From IMG/VR virus record IMGVR_UViG_3300021376_000006: a stretch of 64,000 bases of DNA; one strand, written 5' to 3'. Positions 35,400 through 44,615 of this stretch are shown piece after piece. The stretch's first letter is position 1, and the number at the start of each line of letters is the position of its first letter. Position numbers and translations under genes: made by a program. This DNA comes from a virus. Taxonomy: Duplodnaviria > Caudoviricetes. The notes beneath the pieces were generated by a model that searched no databases, was not told the DNA's origin, and worked only from the letters and a program-made list of their open reading frames with translations.

Positions 35400-35985
35400 A
35401 AAAATATTTTGAGGGTTGATTAATACAATCTTTGATAATTCCTACTGCTGTATTATTTAAAACAACTTCGTAATGGTTACATTCTAGTTCAACCAAATTC
35501 ATAATGTCTTCGCGTTTACGCTGACTCGATATAGTGACTACTCCGTCGTTAGGAGCAGGAATCCAAGGTGCTGATCCTTGAATAGTTACTATATTTGTCC
35601 ACGGTTTGTTAATACGTATTGATCTAGAAAGTTTCATAGCCCACGACGTGGGACCTATATCTTTCAGTAATCGACTGTAAGGTAAAAAGTACTTGGCAAC
35701 ATCCGCCACTTCCGCGCCACCGTATGGTGTACTTAGTGTTACTGCACCCAACACCTGATTTTCAAATGCGGCTGCTAGATGTAATGCGTAGATTCCGCCA
35801 AGACTATGACAAATAAAAAACATGTTTTTTTGTGCCGATAACAAATTTTTCATGTTTTCTAAGTTGACTTCGAAGCCGTTCCTGCTGTCATAATTTATGA
35901 GCAGTTCTTTGCCTTTAATTTGTTGTCGAATGTAGTTGAAACTTTCACTAGTTGCACTGGCACCGTGAATATAGACTAGAAGCAT
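35377..35985 (-). CDS. Alpha/beta hydrolase
   Basis: YIHG, HSLGG nucleophile elbow, NDGVV, NHYEV. Confidence 0.88.
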   Translation of the reverse strand: MLLVYIHGASATSESFNYIRQQIKGKELLINYDSRNGFEVNLENMKNLLSAQKNMFFICHSLGGIYALHLAAAFENQVLGAVTLSTPYGGAEVADVAKYFLPYSRLLKDIGPTSWAMKLSRSIRINKPWTNIVTIQGSAPWIPAPNDGVVTISSQRKREDIMNLVELECNHYEVVLNNTAVGIIKDCINQPSKYFYGNSRTL

Positions 35986-35992
35986 TGTGCGC

Positions 35993-36427
35993 TTATTTAA
36001 GAGTAGATCTCAACATCCATGAATGTTTTGCATGGGCATCTTGTCTGCTTGCTAGAAAATCACTTAGGCCATGTTGTCCTAATTCTTCAGCAGCTTGAAA
36101 CACGATTCGAAACATTTCTTGCATCTTGTCGCTGTCTTGTAATAATTCTAGTAGCATGGACTCCGCAGGCAGAATATTAGTTTCGTCATCAACCAAACTG
36201 AGTACACTAAAACGCTCAAAAGAACCTGGAGTATATGAACCAGTCGCTCTTATTTCTTCAGCAAATTTGTCAATGCTGCTGTACACTTCTTCATAAATTT
36301 TCGCAAACAATTCGTGATATTGTGGAAAATTAGGCCCTTCCACATTCCAATGAAAATAGTGTGCTTTGAGGTAAAAAGCATACTCACTGGCAAATGCTAT
36401 TTTAAGAGCTTGTTTTAATGCGTCCAT
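35993..36427 (-). CDS. dps: Dps/ferritin-like DNA protection protein
   Basis: KAHYFHWNVEGPNFPQYHELF, DKFAEEIRA, WMLRS. Confidence 0.93.
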   Translation of the reverse strand: MDALKQALKIAFASEYAFYLKAHYFHWNVEGPNFPQYHELFAKIYEEVYSSIDKFAEEIRATGSYTPGSFERFSVLSLVDDETNILPAESMLLELLQDSDKMQEMFRIVFQAAEELGQHGLSDFLASRQDAHAKHSWMLRSTLK

Positions 36428-36449
36428 TGCAGATCCTAATAAAGCGTAT

Positions 36450-36596
36450 TTATCTGCCTTGCCCTTGATAGGCTTTATGACTTCTACGCTTACTTTTGTT
36501 CATAGCACTAGTCTTGGGTCTGCGTCCGCCTTGGCTGGTGGATTTGACCACGTGAGCTATACTTTTTTTGTTTGTTTGTTGTCCTGGTTTAGCCAT
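36450..36596 (-). CDS. 48 aa highly basic protein
   Basis: Read manually: MAKPGQQTNKKSIAHVVKSTSQGGRRPKTSAMNKSKRRSHKAYQGQGR, preceded by AAGGAG. Confidence 0.75.
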   Translation of the reverse strand: MAKPGQQTNKKSIAHVVKSTSQGGRRPKTSAMNKSKRRSHKAYQGQGR

Positions 36597-36611
36597 TGCG
36601 TTCTCCTTGAA

Positions 36612-37301
36612 TTATTTAAACAGTTTGCTTTTACCGTAATGTTCGTCGTTAACCGTATCGGAACTTTTTTCATACATTACGGTGTCTGTGTCGCCCAAAC
36701 GCCATTTGGGATTTTGTTCTACTACATATTTTTTAGTGCATACTTTAAAATCTGGAAACTTCATGTCGCGTGGGTTGCTGGCAGCATCAAAAAACAAGCA
36801 TCTATTGTTTGGTTGTGCTGCATATTGACCGCTGTCTAGTTCTATGAAATTAAAACTCTTATGGTCTTCTGGCCATTCACTGTATCCAGTGTCTATGATG
36901 TTGTGATTAGGATGAGCATGATCCACAGTAAACATGTAATTGCCTGAGTACATGTTTTTATCTTTGGCATAAAATTTACAACTTAAATTTCTTAAAAATG
37001 CTTTTTGTATCACAGTCATATCATAATCAAAGCAATCCCAGATTTGCAAGGTATCTAGATTTAAAAAACTTGCAGTATCAAGAAGGTTTGTGCGTGATAC
37101 AAACGCATGCAGTGGTAATTTATCGTACAGTGCTCCGTAGTTGGGCAAGTAGGCTTCAATTCTAAAAGCTTGTCCTCTTATGCTTTTGATAGATACCCAT
37201 ATACACGGCTCATATTCGCCGTGTCCCTTTTCAAAATCATAGAGAAATTCTCGTCTGATATAACAGTGTACAGGTGGTGTGTTAGCTACTAGAAATGACA
37301 T
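36612..37301 (-). CDS. Hypothetical protein
   Basis: 229 aa ORF (ANTPP...LQIWDCF...QYAAQPNNRC). Confidence 0.85.
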   Translation of the reverse strand: MSFLVANTPPVHCYIRREFLYDFEKGHGEYEPCIWVSIKSIRGQAFRIEAYLPNYGALYDKLPLHAFVSRTNLLDTASFLNLDTLQIWDCFDYDMTVIQKAFLRNLSCKFYAKDKNMYSGNYMFTVDHAHPNHNIIDTGYSEWPEDHKSFNFIELDSGQYAAQPNNRCLFFDAASNPRDMKFPDFKVCTKKYVVEQNPKWRLGDTDTVMYEKSSDTVNDEHYGKSKLFK

Positions 37302-37310
37302 AGATTTGAC

Positions 37311-38279
37311 TTATGGTTGTTGATTTTTGTCTCCGGGGAATATTCTGCGAATTAAGCTTTGATTTTGCCTGTTGGGATCAATTACATTGCCCAATTCTTG
37401 ATGTACCAAAGCCTTGGGATCTTGTAACAATTTGCCTGCTGTAAAAATCGTACCTAACGCATCTAGTCCCTTTCGTAATGCACTAGGTTCTTGCTGTTGA
37501 TCCTGTGGTGGCTGTAATTCCGGAATACCTTGTTCTTTCATACCTCTAGTCTTGGTTGCTACATTCTTGGCTGGCCCTCTACGCTCTGGATTGGGATCTT
37601 CTCTGCGTTTTTTAGCTGCTGAGCTAGCACGACCTTTTTTACCAAGACTGTGTGCTTTGCTAGCAGGCAAGCATTTGGGTTTACCTTCGCCGCCGTCTCT
37701 GCCACCACACTCACCTCTAATTTTACCATCAGGACCGAACCGTACCCATTTTTCACGAAACCACTTTTTGAGATCTTCTTCTAGTTCGGACTCTGACATT
37801 TTTACACAGTTTGGAACCTGGCGGGAACCTTTTTTCTTCATACCCTGTTGTTGATAACCATCCCAGCATTTTTCGTCTAGTTGTTCTTCATTTGTTTTCT
37901 TAATACTATTAATAAATTTTCTATAAACACTTGCAGCTTCAGTTTTTCCTGCAGCTTTTGCTCTTTGTTCCATTGCTACCGCTGCTTGTATTTTATGTGC
38001 ATGACTTTTGCCACTATTACGAATTTTACTTACACTTGCTTTTGCATCCTCTGCAGTGGCAAATTTTAATCCTTGAATGGTACCTTTTGGATTTTCATCT
38101 GTATATAAGTCACTGTGTTTTTTACTATTAGCAGGTTGTCCTGGCTTTCTAGGTATTCTTTGTTCTTCGTTTGTTTTTTTATTTTTGACGCAATTAGGAT
38201 ATCGTTTACCAAACATGGTCTTCATGCCTTCTTTGTGGTAGCCTTTCCAACAGGCTTCTAGGAGTTCTCTGTATTTCAT
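37311..38279 (-). CDS. Modular basic protein, putative internal head protein precursor
   Basis: MKYRELLE N-terminus; two CW-x-GY...PNCV modules; modules bounded by xxE sites. Confidence 0.75.
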   Translation of the reverse strand: MKYRELLEACWKGYHKEGMKTMFGKRYPNCVKNKKTNEEQRIPRKPGQPANSKKHSDLYTDENPKGTIQGLKFATAEDAKASVSKIRNSGKSHAHKIQAAVAMEQRAKAAGKTEAASVYRKFINSIKKTNEEQLDEKCWDGYQQQGMKKKGSRQVPNCVKMSESELEEDLKKWFREKWVRFGPDGKIRGECGGRDGGEGKPKCLPASKAHSLGKKGRASSAAKKRREDPNPERRGPAKNVATKTRGMKEQGIPELQPPQDQQQEPSALRKGLDALGTIFTAGKLLQDPKALVHQELGNVIDPNRQNQSLIRRIFPGDKNQQP

Positions 38280-39058
38280 TTGGCATCTCCATCTTGGCCC
38301 ATTTGGCCATCAGTAGGCTCGGGTCCTGTGACTTGCACACGTGGCTGTGGTTTGCCATCTGGCCCCATTACAACTCGTTCGCTTAAAATATCTAAATATC
38401 GTCTAAAAAATCTTGGATCCATTTGTTGGTTATTTTGGTTTCTTACAGTGTCTTCTTGTACATTTCCGCCGCTATTAGTTTTTGTTTGTGCTGCTGGTTG
38501 AGCTGGTGGTTGAGGTTTGGCTGCGGCTGTAGGTGCTGCTGGTTGAGGTGCTGTTGCTGGTTGAGCTGGTTTAGCTGCGGCTGTAGGTGCTGCTGGTTGA
38601 GCTGGTTGTGTATCTAATACACGATTTATAGCATCAGCTGCTTTTGGTTGAGCCGGTTGAGCTGGTGCTGCTGTTGGTTGAGCTGGTGATGCAGCAACAT
38701 CATCATCTTTATACTGACTAAAATCAGGTTTTTGCGTAGGTTGTGTTTCTGGTGCTCTTCCCACACCAGCTAGTGCTAATCTTTTCTCTACGGTGTTCAG
38801 ATCTTGTTGCATGTCGCCAACTATGCTGTTTACTCTAGGATCAGTATAAGTTATTTGGTTCGGTCCACCTGTTGTTAAACTTTTATCAGTTTGCAAGGTA
38901 CCTGCTAATTTCTCTCTACTCTGTATGTCTTGTTGATTGGGTTGAATACCCAGTTGTGGCACTCCACCTTGACGGTACTCAGTGCCAGCAATATCCAACG
39001 GTGGTTGGGACTGCTCACTGAGAATGTCTAAATATCGTCTAAAAAATCTTGGATCCAT
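38276..39058 (-). CDS. Pro/Ala/Gln-rich protein with duplicated MDPRFFRRYLDILSE leader
   Basis: Leader at N-terminus and again near C-terminus; PAQP and AAPTAAAKP repeats. Confidence 0.78.
   Translation of the reverse strand: MDPRFFRRYLDILSEQSQPPLDIAGTEYRQGGVPQLGIQPNQQDIQSREKLAGTLQTDKSLTTGGPNQITYTDPRVNSIVGDMQQDLNTVEKRLALAGVGRAPETQPTQKPDFSQYKDDDVAASPAQPTAAPAQPAQPKAADAINRVLDTQPAQPAAPTAAAKPAQPATAPQPAAPTAAAKPQPPAQPAAQTKTNSGGNVQEDTVRNQNNQQMDPRFFRRYLDILSERVVMGPDGKPQPRVQVTGPEPTDGQMGQDGDAK
38391..38424. repeat. 34 bp exact direct repeat, copy 1
   Basis: TCTAAATATCGTCTAAAAAATCTTGGATCCATTT, identical to 39027-39060. Confidence 0.95.
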
Positions 39059-39060
39059 TT
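39027..39060. repeat. 34 bp exact direct repeat, copy 2
   Basis: Identical to 38391-38424. Confidence 0.95.
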
Positions 39061-39075
39061 AACTTTCCTTTAGAT

Positions 39076-40365
39076 TTATTTCTTGCTTTTGTTGCCCCAA
39101 TTAGCAGCACCTTTTTTGCGGCAGCGTACCAAGGCACCTGACGCATATGCCGACGGCCATACTTTATAACGACTTTTTACTTTGTGATAACAGGCATCCT
39201 GTTTTTCTGCTAGCATGCGATCCGCATAAGCAACGCGGCCACATTCAGGACATAGTGTGGCAGTTTCTGTGACAATATCATATCCAGCTCGACCTAGTTC
39301 TTCAACATAACGTTCACAATCCTCGTTAGCTACCACAGCCTTCATTTGTGTTTTTTCTTCCTTGGGCTTGTCAAAAACTTTAACTGATTTTACCTTACGG
39401 TAGGGATGTAGGTTTTTATTAAAAGCTGCTGTGGTCGCAGGATCAGGCGTTACTTTTTCTCCTGGCTTGTCAGGTTTGGCAAAGAGATAATCTTTTTTTC
39501 CTTTATCGAGCTCAATTTTATATTTCACCGAACCGTCTGCGCTTTCTTTTACCTTGTATTTCTTTTTAATTTCTGCCTGCCGTGCATGTCTCTCTTGGTC
39601 GTCTTCAATGTCATATGACTGACCTAGTTCTTTAAAATATTCAGGATCTGGTGCCCCACGCTTTTTGCGTAGTTCTTGATGACGCTTGTATAACTTGTCT
39701 TGCACGGATCCTTCATCTACTGTTTTGTTCTTGGGTTCTGGCCTTGGTTGCGGTGCTCTTGGAATTTCAGGAATGGCAAATCCACCTTCACGCATGGCAG
39801 AGATACGCTGTTCGGCAATCATGATCAAGTCGCGCATTTCTTCTATGCTTTCGCAGTTCCATCTGCGTAAGGCCTTGTTGATTGGGCTATCTGGATTGCG
39901 TTTGGTTTTGGCACTGGCACGAGATTTTTTCATACCACTCATTCTGGCACAGAAACTCTTACGACGCTTGGCACTCTTGGAACCTTTCTTTAGTTTGCTG
40001 GGCTTGGTGGTCACTGCTGTTTGCAATTTACTACCGGGGTTTTCTCTGCGATAGGCCTTCACTGCCTTGCGACTCATGCCCGGGGTTTTGTCTCTACGAT
40101 TGACCTTTTTCCAGTCTTCATCTAATGGATCATCCACCTTTTTAGTTGGATAGTGTAGATCTAAGCTTCGAGCTCGCATACCGCTGACCACAGACCAGCC
40201 CATTTCTCTAGCACGATTTTCAGCAAATCGTCGGCCTGAACTTTTGTGGCTCCAAGTATCTTTGATTTCTTTTGTGTCTGGATCATAGGCATAAAAGTCA
40301 TCATCTAGAAAGCGTGGTTCACTGCCTTCATTTAATTTTTTACTAAATATATCGTTTACGAACAT
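39076..40365 (-). CDS. Modular basic protein, putative internal head protein precursor
   Basis: Modules SFCARM...RRWNC, CPECG, ACYHKVKSRYKVWPSAYASGALVRC separated by LNE/LDE/VDE/LAE-type sites. Confidence 0.78.
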   Translation of the reverse strand: MFVNDIFSKKLNEGSEPRFLDDDFYAYDPDTKEIKDTWSHKSSGRRFAENRAREMGWSVVSGMRARSLDLHYPTKKVDDPLDEDWKKVNRRDKTPGMSRKAVKAYRRENPGSKLQTAVTTKPSKLKKGSKSAKRRKSFCARMSGMKKSRASAKTKRNPDSPINKALRRWNCESIEEMRDLIMIAEQRISAMREGGFAIPEIPRAPQPRPEPKNKTVDEGSVQDKLYKRHQELRKKRGAPDPEYFKELGQSYDIEDDQERHARQAEIKKKYKVKESADGSVKYKIELDKGKKDYLFAKPDKPGEKVTPDPATTAAFNKNLHPYRKVKSVKVFDKPKEEKTQMKAVVANEDCERYVEELGRAGYDIVTETATLCPECGRVAYADRMLAEKQDACYHKVKSRYKVWPSAYASGALVRCRKKGAANWGNKSKK

Positions 40366-40369
40366 AATT

Positions 40370-41674
40370 TTAAACCGCCTGTTGTCTTAGTGCTGCAATT
40401 TGTGCAGTTAAATCTTCAATCTGCTTTTTGATTTGTGTTTTTTGTGCTGACATTTGTTGCATGGCCATGGTTTTTTCAACAGGATTGGCACCTTGGGGAA
40501 ATTGTTGATTTAGGTCTGCCAACTGTGCTCGAGCTGCTTGCAGTTGTGCAACCAGTTGAGCTATCTGGCCTTGAATCTGTTGTTTGGCTGCTTTGCGTTC
40601 TTGCCCTTTTGCAAATTCTTCTGCGGGATTTCTAGCTGTGTCGTTGCCAATGCCAGATCCAGGAGCACCATATTCTGTAATAGGAGGAGTTTCCTTCCAG
40701 TTGGGCAATGGAGCATGATATCGACCTTTGTCTTGACCAGGTACTTTGATGTCTTGTATGGTGTCTGGTTCTTTAGGCATAAATTCTTTACCACGTTTAA
40801 CAGGAGATTGAATACCTTTGATTAGCTCTTGAGTAATTGGTGTTTCTTTGCCTGTGAAGGTTCTATACCATTTGTCATGGTAATACGAACCAATTGGTAC
40901 TAGCTCTTCCCTGCCATCTGGGTATATATGAATAAACCTTACTTTATCGTAGGCATCACTGCCAACCGGTCTTTTCATTCTAACAGTAACTTTTTCGCCT
41001 TCTTCGGAATCGTTGTCTTCTTGCACATTTTCGCTGATACGAGGATCTCCTCTTCCTCGAAAATATTGAGGAGGCAAACTTTTTTTTACCGGTCTTCCCC
41101 TAAAATAGTCAGTGTTATCTTGCCCAGGTATAATAGTATCTCGATCGGTAGGAACATCAGGTACCGGTATTGGGGGGGATTTCGGTGCTGGCCCAGGGTT
41201 TTCAAAGTTTTGTTTCAGTTGATCGTACATTTGATCAACCATGGGATCTCGTGGTGCAGGTCGGCCTGTAAAGTCTTCAATCCAATCTTGCCATGGACCG
41301 CTGTACCTGTCAAGTACTACTGGACCATTTGTCCCCGGAACGGTTATAATCCATTTGTGTGGATTTTCTGGATCATCGGGGTCTCGATCCAGAGAATGCT
41401 TTTCGTAGTCTTGTTCTGCCAGTTTGTATTCTTGCCATTCTTGAAATAAATCTCTTTTGACAGGATTGCTGTTGATCAATTGACCCAGCTCTTTTAAAAA
41501 ACTTTCTGACTCTTCTACACTTTCAGCCGCACCGTCACCTACCATCTTGTTACGAATTTTTTTGGCATTATCTGTGCCTTTTAGGTATCCGGGCCATCGT
41601 GGACCTGTTGGTTTCTTTTCGGCTGCTGTCATGGCATCCATTTTTTCCAACAGGTTTCGTAAATCACTCATCAA
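40370..41674 (-). CDS. Modular hypothetical protein with C-terminal coiled coil
   Basis: 434 aa; MSDLRNLLE N-terminus; Pro-rich modules. Confidence 0.78.
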   Translation of the reverse strand: MMSDLRNLLEKMDAMTAAEKKPTGPRWPGYLKGTDNAKKIRNKMVGDGAAESVEESESFLKELGQLINSNPVKRDLFQEWQEYKLAEQDYEKHSLDRDPDDPENPHKWIITVPGTNGPVVLDRYSGPWQDWIEDFTGRPAPRDPMVDQMYDQLKQNFENPGPAPKSPPIPVPDVPTDRDTIIPGQDNTDYFRGRPVKKSLPPQYFRGRGDPRISENVQEDNDSEEGEKVTVRMKRPVGSDAYDKVRFIHIYPDGREELVPIGSYYHDKWYRTFTGKETPITQELIKGIQSPVKRGKEFMPKEPDTIQDIKVPGQDKGRYHAPLPNWKETPPITEYGAPGSGIGNDTARNPAEEFAKGQERKAAKQQIQGQIAQLVAQLQAARAQLADLNQQFPQGANPVEKTMAMQQMSAQKTQIKKQIEDLTAQIAALRQQAV

Positions 41675-42372
41675 TAGATGCCTTTGCCCACTGTGACTTT
41701 TTTAGATTTGTAACTGTTGCCCATTTTCTTTGGCACTCCACTTGAAGGTTTGTGACCAGGACCAGACATGGATGTTGCCACTGCACCTGCACTGCTGGCA
41801 CCACCTGTGGCCATCTCTGACAGTTGTTGGCCTTCTGCCATGCCTTGTTCACCCAGGCTGGCTTGTCCTGCCACAGCTCTACCTGTTGGCTTAGAACTGA
41901 TGCCAGTACGGCTTGACTTCATCTTTTCGCCACCGCCACCAATGTGTCTACTTCCGCCTAAACGTTCTGATTTTCTTGGCTTGTGTGTTTTACCTTTTTG
42001 CACTTGGCCGCCCTTGGCCAAAAAATCCTTGACAGCATCGTCGTAGTCATCTTCAACCAGCAGTTGGTCTAGAGCGTAATCAGCAGCTGATTCAGCGAAT
42101 GCCATCATTTCTGGCTCTTGACTTACTGCTTCGTACTTCATGTAATCTCTTACACTTTCTAGATACTGGCTTGCAAGAGTCAGTTTGCTTTGTACCCAAC
42201 CTTCTAGGCCTTCCATTTCGCTTACATCTCTAAGCAAACGATGTATTTCAATTGCTGCCTGTGCTGCTGAATACATCTGACTTCTAGCCATTTGCACTTC
42301 GTGATCTCTATGCATATCATCGGCTTCTTGAGCGATTATGCTGTTTTCTACTATAAATTCTGTTGGTTTCAT
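41671..42372 (-). CDS. Modular protein with T4 capsid-targeting-like N-terminus
   Basis: MKPTEFIVE resembles T4 internal-protein CTS (MKTYQEFIAE); TAAATA element at 42394-42399. Confidence 0.78.
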   Translation of the reverse strand: MKPTEFIVENSIIAQEADDMHRDHEVQMARSQMYSAAQAAIEIHRLLRDVSEMEGLEGWVQSKLTLASQYLESVRDYMKYEAVSQEPEMMAFAESAADYALDQLLVEDDYDDAVKDFLAKGGQVQKGKTHKPRKSERLGGSRHIGGGGEKMKSSRTGISSKPTGRAVAGQASLGEQGMAEGQQLSEMATGGASSAGAVATSMSGPGHKPSSGVPKKMGNSYKSKKVTVGKGIY

Positions 42373-42396
42373 GTGTGTTTCCTGATAATGTAGTAT

Positions 42397-42876
42397 TTAT
42401 TTTTTGGCGTTCAACTGCCTGGCTCTTTGTACCAATGGAATATAGGTATCATAATTTTTAACTTGTACAACCTTCCTAGGACGTTCAGCGGGTGGTGCCA
42501 ACGGAGTTGGTCGCGAAACCTTTGCTAGATCAATTAACAAATTATGTGTGTGTGTTTCGCGACGATTCAACAAATGATCTACAACAAATCTCCATTCAAT
42601 ACGTGCGCCATTTGTTTTTAACAAATTTTTGTTAACTGGTTGTTGGTCAACCTTAAAGTGTTCGAGTTCAAAACGACTGCGATTATCTAAATTTTCTAAA
42701 CAAAAAGTATGTACACCAGTGTCTAGGTCACAATACATGTGTTCGGTGATATAGTTCTGATAGCTAGGCCATCCAAATGTACGTTCGACCAGCATTTCGT
42801 TGTCAACATAAATTCTGTAAATTGGGGGATTGTCGCTCCAGTGGCTGTAAACATCAACCTCCAATTTAGTATGCAT
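42397..42876 (-). CDS. Hypothetical protein
   Basis: 159 aa ORF. Confidence 0.75.
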   Translation of the reverse strand: MHTKLEVDVYSHWSDNPPIYRIYVDNEMLVERTFGWPSYQNYITEHMYCDLDTGVHTFCLENLDNRSRFELEHFKVDQQPVNKNLLKTNGARIEWRFVVDHLLNRRETHTHNLLIDLAKVSRPTPLAPPAERPRKVVQVKNYDTYIPLVQRARQLNAKK

Positions 42877-44096
42877 TATTTTTTTCTACCTTGGCAATGA
42901 GCTCGCTGGCTAAAGCCTCGAGGACGATTGCAGTTGATGCTGCGTTTGTATTTGGCGCTCCATTTTTCTTTCAATGTGGCTATTTGTTCTTTCAATTGTT
43001 CTACACTGTCGACTAAATGCATTTTTTTAAGTTGTCTGTTTACTTCACCGGGACTTATATCATTGGTCAGACTGTGACTATATCTTGGATCGCGGGCCTG
43101 TTTTTTATTTGCAATAACACCTACACCAGCAGTTTCATAGTAACGATCGCGACTGCGTTTTTTAACTTCCGACTCCAGACCATAATTTTCACCGCCCCAC
43201 TTCAGCATAGGATCGTCCATTCTGGCTGTAGCAGGATCGCTTTTGATTCTTTTGCCTAATTCAGTGTCATGTACATGACCTTTAAAGTCACCGGGCATCT
43301 TCTCTGTTGGTTTATCCCAAGGCGCCTGATTACCAATCACATTGTCTTGACCAGGTGGGTATTTGCCAGTATTGTATTTGTCTTGTTTGTACAATTGGTA
43401 AGTTAATTTGCCGGTTTGTTTTTGAAGCGGAGTAAGTTCTGCTTCCTGATCCTCAGTAACAGTTTGTGGTATTTTATCCAGTATTCTACCAAGTTCAGCA
43501 TCATCTCTACCGTACATTTGTAACAAATATTCACTACGTAATTTAGGTGTGTCTCTAACTGCATTCCATGCTGCTCGTGCAGCTGTGCCATGACTGACAT
43601 CTACCTGTTGTCCGTTTATGGAGATAACTTTTTGACGCTCGTCTGCAATTATTACATACCCGTGCTTGTCAGCAGTTGTACATTCGTCCAAGCTTTTGAA
43701 CGTTTTAAAATAACCCGGATTGCCATCTTTCTTTACGCTGTCTGGGCGCAGGCGGTCTCGATCCGGAGTACCGACTGCTGCTATAAAAATTGTATTAGCA
43801 GGATTGAATTGCTGTTCTGGTAATTTGTAAGGATTGGTTACTTCCACAATACGATCACTGGGTACTCCAGCTGCGTTCATGAATACTGTTTTGTCTGAAA
43901 AATTAAAAGGGCTTTTAGGAAGTTCTGTTTTATTGCTAGTTGCAATATAGACGCTGTCGCGCCCGAACTTGTTTTGTAGGCTTTGAAATACTTCTCTGTG
44001 CCCGAGGTGAAAAGGTTGAAATCGGCCCGGGTATAGTACAACCAATTGCGGGCCAGCTTCAGCTACATACGATTCAAAAAGATCAGCAATATGCAT
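42876..44096 (-). CDS. HxGH nucleotidyltransferase (cytidyltransferase-like) with C-terminal peptide modules
   Basis: YPGRFQPFHLGH, SPFNFSDK; C-terminal KWSAKYKRSINC...AHC; TAAATA at 44118-44123. Confidence 0.8.
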   Translation of the reverse strand: MHIADLFESYVAEAGPQLVVLYPGRFQPFHLGHREVFQSLQNKFGRDSVYIATSNKTELPKSPFNFSDKTVFMNAAGVPSDRIVEVTNPYKLPEQQFNPANTIFIAAVGTPDRDRLRPDSVKKDGNPGYFKTFKSLDECTTADKHGYVIIADERQKVISINGQQVDVSHGTAARAAWNAVRDTPKLRSEYLLQMYGRDDAELGRILDKIPQTVTEDQEAELTPLQKQTGKLTYQLYKQDKYNTGKYPPGQDNVIGNQAPWDKPTEKMPGDFKGHVHDTELGKRIKSDPATARMDDPMLKWGGENYGLESEVKKRSRDRYYETAGVGVIANKKQARDPRYSHSLTNDISPGEVNRQLKKMHLVDSVEQLKEQIATLKEKWSAKYKRSINCNRPRGFSQRAHCQGRKK

Positions 44097-44125
44097 GAAA
44101 CATCCATTATATTGCTGTATTTAGC

Positions 44126-44605
44126 TTAAATGGTCTCTAGCAACCAAATGTAAAACGGACTTGTAAAAGGTAAAGTCCAACGTCCGTTCCAGCCCAAGTT
44201 TACACAATTTTTAATTGATACAGCCAAATCTTGGCCTTGCTTGATGGTTTCTTGCCGATATATTTCAGGATAATCCGGCTCATAATCACTAGCTGTCCAA
44301 AGTAAAGATCCTAGATCAATTGCGTCTATTTCAACTGATTCTATGTTTAATAACATGTCTTCGGTTATGCTACCATCTTTATCTAATACAGTATCGTATA
44401 TTGTTTTGTTTAATAACTCGATGCTTAGTACACAATCGCCATCATGTACTGTAGCATCAAATTCAAAGTATTGAGTAACAAATGGGGCAACTGTCAATTG
44501 TGTAGATAACTGTTCTTGACCATTCAGCAAAATTTTAATTTTAGGTTGTTTTTTTGACGACGAGCCACTCAATCCTATTTTAAAATGTAAATTTTCATGT
44601 TCCAT
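44126..44605 (-). CDS. Hypothetical protein
   Basis: Start reassigned to MEHEN at 44605. Confidence 0.75.
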   Translation of the reverse strand: MEHENLHFKIGLSGSSSKKQPKIKILLNGQEQLSTQLTVAPFVTQYFEFDATVHDGDCVLSIELLNKTIYDTVLDKDGSITEDMLLNIESVEIDAIDLGSLLWTASDYEPDYPEIYRQETIKQGQDLAVSIKNCVNLGWNGRWTLPFTSPFYIWLLETI

Positions 44606-44615
44606 TGCCTGTCCT

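Noticed and set aside
38490-38700. GCTGGTTGAG-type short repeats as a CRISPR-like or other non-coding array
   Set aside because: Irregular spacing, no unique spacers, and fully explained by in-frame PAQP/AAPT codons of a low-complexity linker.
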